A stretch of DNA of 64,000 nt from Gemmatimonadota bacterium (lineage in GTDB: Bacteria; Gemmatimonadota; Gemmatimonadetes; Gemmatimonadales; GWC2-71-9): NCBI GenBank assembly GCA_039588295.1, contig JBDHAB010000002.1, positions 64,001 through 128,000 of the forward strand, written 5' to 3'. A model generated the notes under the pieces. That model saw only the letters and a list, made by a program, of their open reading frames with translations. It was not told the origin of the DNA and did no database searches. Made by a program: the position numbers and the translations under genes. This document shows positions 50,525-59,236 of this stretch, one piece after another; within the stretch, counting starts at the first letter, position 1; each line of letters opens with the position of its first letter.

Positions 50525-51343
50525 ATGGCACTTCGTCCGCTGCACCAATTGGGTCTACCTGTGGTCTCGGAGCGGTTGTATACCCAATGGCTCGGCGGGC
50601 TCGACGAGTGCCTCGCAGATCCCGGATGTGACCGAAACCGGCTCTGCCGTGATATCCTCTTCGAGATCTACTACCCGGGTCTGGGTCACTACGATGATCT
50701 CGTCGCGGATCCCGACGTACCGGTCACCACGCGCGCGGCACTGCTGGCGCTCGACCCCCGCCACATCACTCTCGAACCCGAGTACTACCATGAGGTGGAC
50801 GCGGAGGCGTACGCTCGGGTCAAACCCCTGCTCTGGCTGTGGCAGAGCTTCGATCGCTCACCGTTGGGCGGGGGGAACGTGGATCTTGGCGTGCGGTTCC
50901 GACGCACGCTCGCCAAGTACGCGTTCCGGCGTTGCGGGCTGAACTTCAAGTGCTTCCAGTTTGTGGAGTTCTCGTTTGGCTACAACATGGAGGTGGGCGA
51001 CGACGTCGTGGTCCACCGCCACGTGCTCCTCGACGACCGCGGCGGTATCGTGCTGGGCAATCGGGTGTCGGTCGCGGATTACGCGAACATCTATTCCCAC
51101 ACCCACAGCATCACAGATCAGCTGGACGTCACCAACGCGACCACCGTGCTTGGAGATGACGTTCGCATCACCTACCACGCCACCGTGCTCGCGGGCGTCC
51201 ATGTCGGAGAGCAGGCGATGGTTGGGGCTGGCGCGGTGCTGACCCGCGATGCCAAGCCCTGGCACCTCTACCTGGGCGTTCCCGCCAAGCCGCTCCGGGT
51301 CAAGCCCAATGCGCCACCGGGTGTGGGGGATCGAACGGGATGA
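50525..51343 (+). CDS. Hexapeptide-repeat (left-handed beta-helix) acyltransferase with N-terminal helical extension
   Basis: VGDDVVVH, LGNRVSV, YSHTH, LGDDVRI, VGEQAMVGAGAVLTRD, GVPAKP. Confidence 0.9.
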   Translation: MALRPLHQLGLPVVSERLYTQWLGGLDECLADPGCDRNRLCRDILFEIYYPGLGHYDDLVADPDVPVTTRAALLALDPRHITLEPEYYHEVDAEAYARVKPLLWLWQSFDRSPLGGGNVDLGVRFRRTLAKYAFRRCGLNFKCFQFVEFSFGYNMEVGDDVVVHRHVLLDDRGGIVLGNRVSVADYANIYSHTHSITDQLDVTNATTVLGDDVRITYHATVLAGVHVGEQAMVGAGAVLTRDAKPWHLYLGVPAKPLRVKPNAPPGVGDRTG

Positions 51344-51364
51344 GACTCTGCGCCCAGCGGACTC

Positions 51365-53683
51365 CTAGTGCGGCCGACGCGTCGCGCCACCCTTCACGCG
51401 CCCTAACACGGCGCTGAGCCGAGCCGACAACGCGCGGGCCCGGAACGGCTTCGAGAGAAAATCGTCCGCTCCCATCTCGAACACCCGTACCTCACTGTCC
51501 TCGTCACCATGCGCGGTCAACACGACGACCGGGATCTCCGCCGTCGCCGGCCGCGATCGCAGATGGGTGAGCACACCGTAGCCGTCGAGACCCGGCAGGT
51601 TGAGATCGAGCACAACGATATCGGGCGCATGCCGATCCACCTGGTCGAGCGCTTCCACCCCATCCGCCGCCTCGGTCACCACGTACCCGTCCCGCTCGAG
51701 GAGATCTCGCATGACGCGACGGAGTTGATCCTCGTCGTCGACCAGGAGCACTTTCGCTCCCGGGACGCGCCGCGCAGGCTCTTCCGGTTCGAGCGCCTCG
51801 AGCAATTCGAACTCAGCAACGATGGGTGCATCCGGGGGCCGCTCCGATGGCGCCTTGGGGGCGGGGGCTGGTGCATCGACCACCAAGGCCTTCTGCTCAC
51901 CCGAAGACCCACGGCGCCGGCCCGCTGAAGTGCGCTTCCGAGTCTCCGGCTCGCCGTCACCGAGCTCGTCCTCCTGAGGCACATCGACGACCCGAAGCAG
52001 CTCGTCGATCGTCGACTCACCCCGCACCACATGGTAGAGCCCACTCTCCCACAACGTCCGCATTCCACCACGCCGCGCTGCGTCGGCAATCCGGTCGGCG
52101 GTCTGGTTTGCGCCGATCATGCGCTCCACCTCGGGCGTCACCCGCAGGATCTCCACAATCGAGAACCGGCCCCGATAGCCGGTCATCGCACACTCGGGGC
52201 AGCCCACGGCTCGATACAGTGGCGTATCGGGCGGGATCCACTCGTGGAGCTTCTTCGGAATCGCCTCGACCCACACCTCCTTACAGGTCGGACACAGACG
52301 ACGCATGAGCCGCTGCGCCACGACGCCGCGCACCGCCGTCGCGATCTTGTACGATTCCATGCCGATGTCCACGAGACGCGTGACCGCGTTCGGGGCATCG
52401 TTGGTGTGCAGGGTCGAGAGCACCAAGTGGCCGGTGAGTGAGGCCTGTACCGCAATCTGGGCGGTTTCCTTGTCGCGAATCTCTCCGACGAGCACCACAT
52501 CGGGGTCTTGTCGCAAGATGGACCGCAGGGCGGACGCGAAGGTCAACCCGGCCTTCTCATGGACCTGGACCTGTACGATACCCTGAAGCCGATATTCAAC
52601 CGGATCTTCCACGGTGACGATGTTGACGCCTTCACTCTGCACGTGCCGAATCGCGGAATAGAGCGTCGTCGTCTTTCCGGAACCCGTCGGCCCAGTCACC
52701 AAGATGATGCCATCGCGATTCTCCAGCAGCTCCCGGATCTGGCCGGCCTCGCCCGCGTTGAGGCCCAGCGCCTCTAGCGCGAGAACGGTGGCGGACGTGT
52801 CGAGCACCCGGATCACGACCTTCTCGCCGAGTGACGCGGGCAACGTGGACACGCGGAGGTCGACTGGCACGCCGTTCACGGCGACTCGGGATCGACCATC
52901 CTGCGGTCGGAGGCGGTCCGCGATGTCCATTCCGGAGATGATCTTGATGCGGGAAATCAGAGGGAGCCCCGCGGCCCGGGGAATCTTCATGACCTGCCGC
53001 AGCACCCCGTCGATACGGTACCGGACCGCTACACCGCCCTCCTCCGGCTCGATGTGAATGTCGCTCGAGCGGGCCGTGATGCCTTCGGAGAGAATCAAGT
53101 CGACAAGCCGCACAACCGGGCGCTGCGATGCCTCTTCAGCGGAGATCGTGAGATCTTCCGCTTCCTTCTCCTCCTCGAGCTGCTGGATATCGGCAGCCGA
53201 CTCCATGCCCTCCAGCAGCTGGTTGAGCACGTTGTCCGGCTTGTAGAGTTGATCGATCTTGTCTCGAATGGACCGTGGGCTGGCGAGCTGAATGCGGACC
53301 TCCCGACCGGTCGCGAACGAGAGTGTCTTCTCGCAATCGAGGTCGAACGGATTTGCGGTCGCGATCTCGAGCGTCGAGTCGGTCACGCCGATTGGCAGAA
53401 TCTCGTATCGCCGCGCCACCTGCTCCGGCACCACCTCGCGCGCCGGCTGGGTGCTTTGCGACAAGTCGGCCAGCTTCAGCCGGAATCTCGTGGTCAGGCT
53501 GCTGAGGAGCGCTTCGTCAGACGCCAACTCTTGGTCGACCACAGCGTCCCAGAGCGAGTCGTGTTCGGTGTCGCTCTCCCGAAGCGCCTCGACCCTGTCG
53601 GGGCCAAGGAGCTCTTCGATCGTCGGCTTCAGCCACTCGTCCTTGAACAGCTTAACGGCGCCACCTCCGCCCGGCTCGGGCAT
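51365..53683 (-). CDS. GspE/PilB family secretion/pilus ATPase fused to a C-terminal response-regulator receiver domain
   Basis: SDIHIEP, RYRIDG, PQDGR, GPTGSGKTTTLY, TVEDPVE, LRQDPDVVLVGEIRD, TGHLVLSTLH, CPTC/CPEC; REC domain VDDE...VLD.NLP..DG...LTA...KPF. Confidence 0.95.
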   Translation of the reverse strand: MPEPGGGGAVKLFKDEWLKPTIEELLGPDRVEALRESDTEHDSLWDAVVDQELASDEALLSSLTTRFRLKLADLSQSTQPAREVVPEQVARRYEILPIGVTDSTLEIATANPFDLDCEKTLSFATGREVRIQLASPRSIRDKIDQLYKPDNVLNQLLEGMESAADIQQLEEEKEAEDLTISAEEASQRPVVRLVDLILSEGITARSSDIHIEPEEGGVAVRYRIDGVLRQVMKIPRAAGLPLISRIKIISGMDIADRLRPQDGRSRVAVNGVPVDLRVSTLPASLGEKVVIRVLDTSATVLALEALGLNAGEAGQIRELLENRDGIILVTGPTGSGKTTTLYSAIRHVQSEGVNIVTVEDPVEYRLQGIVQVQVHEKAGLTFASALRSILRQDPDVVLVGEIRDKETAQIAVQASLTGHLVLSTLHTNDAPNAVTRLVDIGMESYKIATAVRGVVAQRLMRRLCPTCKEVWVEAIPKKLHEWIPPDTPLYRAVGCPECAMTGYRGRFSIVEILRVTPEVERMIGANQTADRIADAARRGGMRTLWESGLYHVVRGESTIDELLRVVDVPQEDELGDGEPETRKRTSAGRRRGSSGEQKALVVDAPAPAPKAPSERPPDAPIVAEFELLEALEPEEPARRVPGAKVLLVDDEDQLRRVMRDLLERDGYVVTEAADGVEALDQVDRHAPDIVVLDLNLPGLDGYGVLTHLRSRPATAEIPVVVLTAHGDEDSEVRVFEMGADDFLSKPFRARALSARLSAVLGRVKGGATRRPH

Positions 53684-53834
53684 CGTGCGTTGCTGGCCAG
53701 ACTTTCAAGATAATCCCCCATGGACTCCACGCCACATCCGTGGCCTGCTGGCAGCTCCACCAACCGTGGGGCGCGCTAGTGCCCGGCCCAACCCGTTGCA
53801 GGAGCAAACGTTAGCGGTTGGAGTGCCCGGGACG

Positions 53835-55880
53835 CTACAAAATGTCCCAAAGATCCTGCGTGACGTCGATGACGATGGTCACATCACCGGTACGGAGACC
53901 CACACCCAACTCGGTGCGGAAGAACCGATGAAACCACTCGAGCCCGAGGCCGGCCACGGGACGGATCCCGTCACTTGGCACCCAGGGAACGCCATCGATT
54001 TGCCCACCACTCCAACCCACGCCGACGAATGGCGCAACGACAATGCGCCGCCCTGTCGACACAAACGGCCCGAGCGACACCTCGGGGAATGGCACCGGCA
54101 CTTGCCACTCGAGGAAACCCAATGCGGCGTAGCGTCCACCCCAGGCCCGGAACGGTTCTCCAACCAGCGTCCCCCGCCCACCCATCACGAACGAACGGTG
54201 GGGCGGGAGCTCCGGTGATCCCCATCCCGCCCAGCCGCGAGCCACGAGCGCCGTCTGGCCCAATGCCAGGTGGGCCCGCCCGATCCCACGCAGTCGCATG
54301 TAGCGGAGGTCGTCTCCGACTCCTCCCTCAATGGTCAACGAGCCGCTGAAGCCGCCTCGGAGCGCAAGCTCCGCACTCCGGCGTTCGAGGGTGAGGCGCG
54401 CGATTCCGACCGTCCCGACCCCCATAGCCGGATTGAGTCGGAACGTGTCGCTCGCGGGCGACGCCCGCACCGCCATGCTCTCGGTGTGCTCGATTCCGAT
54501 CTGGAGCCCGATCCCACCGCGAACACCAAAGTCCCGCTGCACCCCGAGCTGGAGCGAGTTCGAGAGCACGTAGTCCCCATAATCGTCGCCGAGCTCTTGG
54601 GCCAAGAGACTATTGAGCAGCGGTGAGATTGGAGGCTCATCGCTCACATCCACGGCATGCCGCTCGCCGGCCGCCTCGAGCGTCACGTTCCCGATCCGAT
54701 GTGCGACGTTGAGTCGACCCTTGAGGCGCTGATCGCTCACGCCGTACGAAATCCACGCTTTGATCTCGGTCGCGCCGCCACCCGGCCGGAACACCGATCC
54801 AATGCCCGCAGCCAGACCCTCAACCCGGTTGAAATGCAGCAGGTCGGATAGCGCGCCGACTCCGAGCCGCGCGCTCGCGAGTCCGGACAGCGCCGCGGAC
54901 CCCGCGGTCTCCGTGATACGACCCCGGACGTCCTCGAGGTCGAACGTCATCGCGGGACCTGCGACCTCCTCGATCGCGGCGTGCAGCGGGATGTCCCACG
55001 AGAACGTGTCCCGGACCGCTTGTGGCGTCGCCACGATCTCCGGCCCCCGGAACAGTCCGTCACCGAGCCCGACGTTGAACTGGTAGTCGTCGATCTCCCA
55101 GCGACCACGAATGATGCCGCGGGCGGGGAGGTCGAGCCATTTGGTGCGGCGGCGGATTTCCACCTCCTGCCTGCGTGGCAACCAATAGCGCTCGTTCCAC
55201 AGCCCGTTCTCGAGCACGATCGTGATGTCTTCGAGCGTGTCGTCGAGGTAGGCGCTGCGAGTGAAGCTGAACCGGAAGATCACGACCTCCGCGGTCTCGA
55301 CATCGAAGAACAGACTGCCGATCACACGCGGTACCGTGAAGTCCTTGGGTCGCACCAGCACTTCGTAGACCCGCACGGCGCGTTGTGGGAGCAGAATGGA
55401 GAGCGAATCGACGAGCGCGTAGTCGTACAGCTCCGGTCCCTCGGGTGCGAGAGGATGGAGGACATCCCGCACCTCGTCTCCCTCACCAAGCCGGATGCGG
55501 TCGCTGAAGTTGTTCTGGACGATCCCGAGGTGGTCGCGATGGTACTGAATATCGGTCGGCAGGTCGGCACGATCCCGCCAGCCGACGATCCGCTGCTTGC
55601 TCAGATTCGGAGCCTTCCAGTAGACTTCCAACACGAGCTCATCCGACTTGATGAGCCGCGGCGGCTCCCGGAGCCCCTCGGCAAGCTGCCCCAGAAAGAA
55701 GACGAACCCATGTGCCCGTACCCGAAAATCCTCGAGCGTGCTGTCCGCCTGCCGGACCGACCGACGCGCAATGCCCCGCGCGACGAGCGCCTCAGCGACT
55801 TCGTCGTTCCACGATTGGGCCACCGCGCCGACGGGACGCAGCGCAACCACCACGGCGATCAGGACGGATGCACGCAGCAT
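53835..55880 (-). CDS. Hypothetical outer-membrane protein with C-terminal Omp85-like beta-barrel
   Basis: Signal peptide (AVA-Q), HFNRVEG, amphipathic beta strands, loop motif FVMGGRGTL.G. Confidence 0.75.
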   Translation of the reverse strand: MLRASVLIAVVVALRPVGAVAQSWNDEVAEALVARGIARRSVRQADSTLEDFRVRAHGFVFFLGQLAEGLREPPRLIKSDELVLEVYWKAPNLSKQRIVGWRDRADLPTDIQYHRDHLGIVQNNFSDRIRLGEGDEVRDVLHPLAPEGPELYDYALVDSLSILLPQRAVRVYEVLVRPKDFTVPRVIGSLFFDVETAEVVIFRFSFTRSAYLDDTLEDITIVLENGLWNERYWLPRRQEVEIRRRTKWLDLPARGIIRGRWEIDDYQFNVGLGDGLFRGPEIVATPQAVRDTFSWDIPLHAAIEEVAGPAMTFDLEDVRGRITETAGSAALSGLASARLGVGALSDLLHFNRVEGLAAGIGSVFRPGGGATEIKAWISYGVSDQRLKGRLNVAHRIGNVTLEAAGERHAVDVSDEPPISPLLNSLLAQELGDDYGDYVLSNSLQLGVQRDFGVRGGIGLQIGIEHTESMAVRASPASDTFRLNPAMGVGTVGIARLTLERRSAELALRGGFSGSLTIEGGVGDDLRYMRLRGIGRAHLALGQTALVARGWAGWGSPELPPHRSFVMGGRGTLVGEPFRAWGGRYAALGFLEWQVPVPFPEVSLGPFVSTGRRIVVAPFVGVGWSGGQIDGVPWVPSDGIRPVAGLGLEWFHRFFRTELGVGLRTGDVTIVIDVTQDLWDIL

Positions 55881-55904
55881 GGATCCGGAATATCACGGAG
55901 GCTG

Positions 55905-56486
55905 GTGTGGGCGGCAACGGGCCTGGCGATCGCGAGCGTCATTGCGTGCGGTGACCTGGACCTGAACGGCGACGTTACGCTCAGCACGGACCAGCTACTC
56001 GTGCTCCCCTCCCAAGCCGGAGCCCCGGCAGTACCCTTAGCCAGCTTTAGCGTCCCGAACCCCGATATCGTCGTGCGTCGACTCGAGCACCTCGATCCGT
56101 TCAACACCCTCTACATGGAGATCCGCTTCCCGGAAGGCTCGCTCGCCAGCCTGAACGGCCAACCCCTCACAGCGACGGATACCGTCACGATCACGATCGA
56201 GCCACGCGCTGGAGGATACGGTATGACCGTCTCGCCCCGAGGCGTCGCGTTCGCATCCGGTGCCACACCCAGCGTTACCTTCGCCTTTGCTCGGTACGGC
56301 GATCTGAGCGTCGCCAACGGCTCGCAGTACGCCACCCCAGTGGCGTATGCCGCCGCGTTGGCACTCTGGTTCGAGGTCACGCCGGGGCGGTGGCGGCGAG
56401 TGAGCGGTTCGGGCCCCGTCCCCACGGACGCCGTGGCGAGCCCGCTGCCGGAACCGGGAACCTACGTCATTGCCGCACCGCGCTAG
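55905..56486 (+). CDS. Hypothetical lipoprotein (beta-rich); start uncertain
   Basis: GGAGG then GTG 55905; VIAC lipobox; FPEGSL, PRG..F, PG.YVIA beta-sandwich-like pattern. Confidence 0.65.
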   Translation: MWAATGLAIASVIACGDLDLNGDVTLSTDQLLVLPSQAGAPAVPLASFSVPNPDIVVRRLEHLDPFNTLYMEIRFPEGSLASLNGQPLTATDTVTITIEPRAGGYGMTVSPRGVAFASGATPSVTFAFARYGDLSVANGSQYATPVAYAAALALWFEVTPGRWRRVSGSGPVPTDAVASPLPEPGTYVIAAPR

Positions 56487-56559
56487 CCGTGACGCACTCC
56501 GCTTCATTCGCCAGGACCTCCGGCCGCCGATATATTCACGCTGTCGGGACTAGGACACC

Positions 56560-58176
56560 GTGAACGCGTTCAAGCTGCTGAGCACCGTCGGCGAACAGAC
56601 GATCGACCTCGCTGGATCCCGCACTCTCGTCGTGGGCCGTGCTGTCACCAGCGATGTTCCCATTTACGACCCCACCGTCTCCCGGCGCCACGCCGAGCTG
56701 TCTGTCACGCCGTCCGGTGTGAACGTACAGGATCTCGGCTCCAGCAACGGGACATTCGTCAACGGCACGCGCACGAGCGGCAGCGTTGTCACGGACGGAG
56801 ACGTCGTCACATTCGGCAAGGTGGCGTTTCGCGTGGTCTCGGTGACGCCTCCGCGGCCGCAGGAGGTGGTCTCGGAATCGGGTGGGTTCCCGGGGCCGCC
56901 ACCTCCGGAAGCGACCATCGTCCGGCAGGTGTCGGTCGAGGAGCCCGGCGTGTTGGACGAAAAAGTTGCCGCCCGCCCGAGCGGCGCATCCCAATTGAAG
57001 GTCGAGGGCGAGTCCGTCGATGAGCGCCAGGCACAGAAGCTGTCGCTCCTGCTGGACATCTCCAAAGAACTCTCCAAACAGCAGGACGTAGACAAGCTCC
57101 TCGAGAAGGTCGTAGACATCACGTTCAAGGTCATGGCCGTGGACCGTGTTTCCATCCTCATGCTCGAGGGCGGCTCCGGCGAGCTCGTGCCGCGTCTCTC
57201 CAAGAACCGCCTGGGCGACGGCGGCGGCGCCCGTGTTCCACGATCAATCGCGCGGCGGGCCGTCGACGAGCGTCTCGCCATCCTGACGGACAACGCGGCA
57301 GCCGACGCTCGGTTCAAGGGCAAGTCGATCGTCATGCAAAGCGTGCGGAGCGCCATGTGCACGCCGCTCATGGGCAGCGACGGGAAGGTGCTCGGCATTC
57401 TCTACGTCGACAATCTCACGGCGACGAACTCGTTCAACGACGAGGATCTCGAATTCCTCATCGCATTCTCGGGCATTGCCGCCGTGGCCATTGAAAACAG
57501 CCAACTCACCGACCGGATCCGGCGTGAGGCGGTGGTGCTATCCAACTTCCAGCGCTACTTCGCTCCCGACCTGGCCGAAGAGATCGCGAAACAGGTTGAA
57601 GAGGTCCAGCTCGGGGGGACAAAGCGACCGGTGGTCGTGTTCTTCAGCGACATCCGGGGATTCACGCCGATGTCGGAGAAGATGAGCCCGGACGAGATCG
57701 CCTCGTTGCTCACCGAGTACTTCACCGAGATGGTGGAAATCGTCTTCGAGAACGGTGGAACGCTCGACAAGTTCATGGGTGATGCGATCATGGCGCTCTG
57801 GGGCGCACCGATCACGTACGAGGATGACGCCGACCGCGCGATGCGGGCTGCGATCGAGCAGCAGCGCACCGTCGCCGCGCTCAATGAGAAATGGGCGACG
57901 GAGGGACGGCAGCATCAGGTGCAGATCGGGATTGGCATCAACTTCGGGGAGGTGTTCGCGGGCAACATCGGCAGCGATCGCCGGCTCGAATACACGGTGA
58001 TCGGTGACGCCGTCAACACTGCCGCCCGTCTCTGCTCGAAGGCTGGCGGAGGGGAGATCCTGGTCTCCGAACCGTTCTATCGGGAGCTCAAGAGCCCGCC
58101 GGAGGTCGAAGCGCTCGAGCCGCTGGACCTCAGGGGGAAGACTCAGGCCGTACCGGTGTACCGGTTGAAGCGATAG
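56560..58176 (+). CDS. FHA-GAF-class III adenylate cyclase
   Basis: FHA (GR...VSRRHA...DLGSSNGT); GAF (SVRSAMCTPL...LGILYVDN); cyclase (FSDIRGFT, DKFMGDA, GNIGS..RLEYTVIGDAVNTAARL). Confidence 0.93.
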   Translation: MNAFKLLSTVGEQTIDLAGSRTLVVGRAVTSDVPIYDPTVSRRHAELSVTPSGVNVQDLGSSNGTFVNGTRTSGSVVTDGDVVTFGKVAFRVVSVTPPRPQEVVSESGGFPGPPPPEATIVRQVSVEEPGVLDEKVAARPSGASQLKVEGESVDERQAQKLSLLLDISKELSKQQDVDKLLEKVVDITFKVMAVDRVSILMLEGGSGELVPRLSKNRLGDGGGARVPRSIARRAVDERLAILTDNAAADARFKGKSIVMQSVRSAMCTPLMGSDGKVLGILYVDNLTATNSFNDEDLEFLIAFSGIAAVAIENSQLTDRIRREAVVLSNFQRYFAPDLAEEIAKQVEEVQLGGTKRPVVVFFSDIRGFTPMSEKMSPDEIASLLTEYFTEMVEIVFENGGTLDKFMGDAIMALWGAPITYEDDADRAMRAAIEQQRTVAALNEKWATEGRQHQVQIGIGINFGEVFAGNIGSDRRLEYTVIGDAVNTAARLCSKAGGGEILVSEPFYRELKSPPEVEALEPLDLRGKTQAVPVYRLKR

Positions 58177-58733
58177 GGCATCCCGACGCGGTCCAACAGC
58201 TCGATTACCAGCCGCAACGGCAGCCCCATCACTCCGAAGAAATCCCCGTCCACCCGCTCGACCAGCACGGCCCCGTATCCCTGCACGCCGTAGCTCCCGG
58301 CCTTGTCCAGCGGCTCCTTCGTGTCGACGTATGCCTCGATCACATCGGGCGTGAGCGGGCGGAACCAGACCCGCGTCACGTCACAGCGGGTGTCCAATTC
58401 TCCGTCCGGCCGCGCCAGCGCCACTGCGGTAATGACCCGGTGTTCGCGCCCCGACAGCCGCGCCAGCATCAGCGCGGCCTCCCGCGCATCCACCGGCTTC
58501 CCGAGCACGTCACCATCGAGCGTGACCACAGTATCCGCCGCCAGCACGGGAACACCCGGCCGTTGTTGCGCCACCGCGCGCGCTTTCTCCTGGGCCAGCC
58601 TCACGGCCATCGCCTCCGGCACCTCCCCGGGCAACGGCCGTTCCACCAGATCGGAGGGAAGCACCTCGTGCGGAATACCCAGCATCTCCAGCAAGTGCCG
58701 CCGCCTGGGCGAGCTCGAGGCGAGAACAATCAC
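58143..58733 (-). CDS. maf: Maf family nucleoside triphosphate pyrophosphatase
   Basis: [44 protein letters not shown]. Confidence 0.95.
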   Translation of the reverse strand: MIVLASSSPRRRHLLEMLGIPHEVLPSDLVERPLPGEVPEAMAVRLAQEKARAVAQQRPGVPVLAADTVVTLDGDVLGKPVDAREAALMLARLSGREHRVITAVALARPDGELDTRCDVTRVWFRPLTPDVIEAYVDTKEPLDKAGSYGVQGYGAVLVERVDGDFFGVMGLPLRLVIELLDRVGMPYRFNRYTGTA

Positions 58734-59167
58734 CGTTCGAGCACGAGCGTTACCGGTCCATCGTTGACGAGTGCGACATCCATCATCGCTCCGAACGTTC
58801 CCGTCGCCACCGGGATGCCCCGATTGCGGAACGCCGCGGCAAACGCGTCGTAAAGCGGCTCCGCAATTTCGGGGGCCGCCGCGTGCACGAAAGAGGGCCG
58901 GCGTCCCTTCCGCGCGTCACCGTAGAGGGTGAACTGGGAGACCACGAGGACCGCACCCCCTACGTCACGCAGGTCCAGATTCATCTTCCCAGCATCGTCG
59001 GCAAACAGCCGCAGTCCCGCGATCTTCTCCGCCATCCACTCCAGCTGCAGTTCGCCGTCGCCGGGTGTGAACCCTACGAGCAGCACGTATCCATGCTCCA
59101 CCGCACCAACACGGCGACCGCCGACGGACACGGATGCGCTCGAAACGCGCTGGACGACGACGCGCAC
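58730..59167 (-). CDS. dtd: D-aminoacyl-tRNA deacylase
   Basis: VVQRV, LRLF, GKMN, SQFTL, KGRRPSF, NDGPVT. Confidence 0.97.
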   Translation of the reverse strand: MRVVVQRVSSASVSVGGRRVGAVEHGYVLLVGFTPGDGELQLEWMAEKIAGLRLFADDAGKMNLDLRDVGGAVLVVSQFTLYGDARKGRRPSFVHAAAPEIAEPLYDAFAAAFRNRGIPVATGTFGAMMDVALVNDGPVTLVLER

Positions 59168-59236
59168 AGATCTCAGCTCCAGCGAGGGCGACCGGCGGGT
59201 GAGATCATGGTCTCGCGCCGCGTGGCTGAGGGCCTG

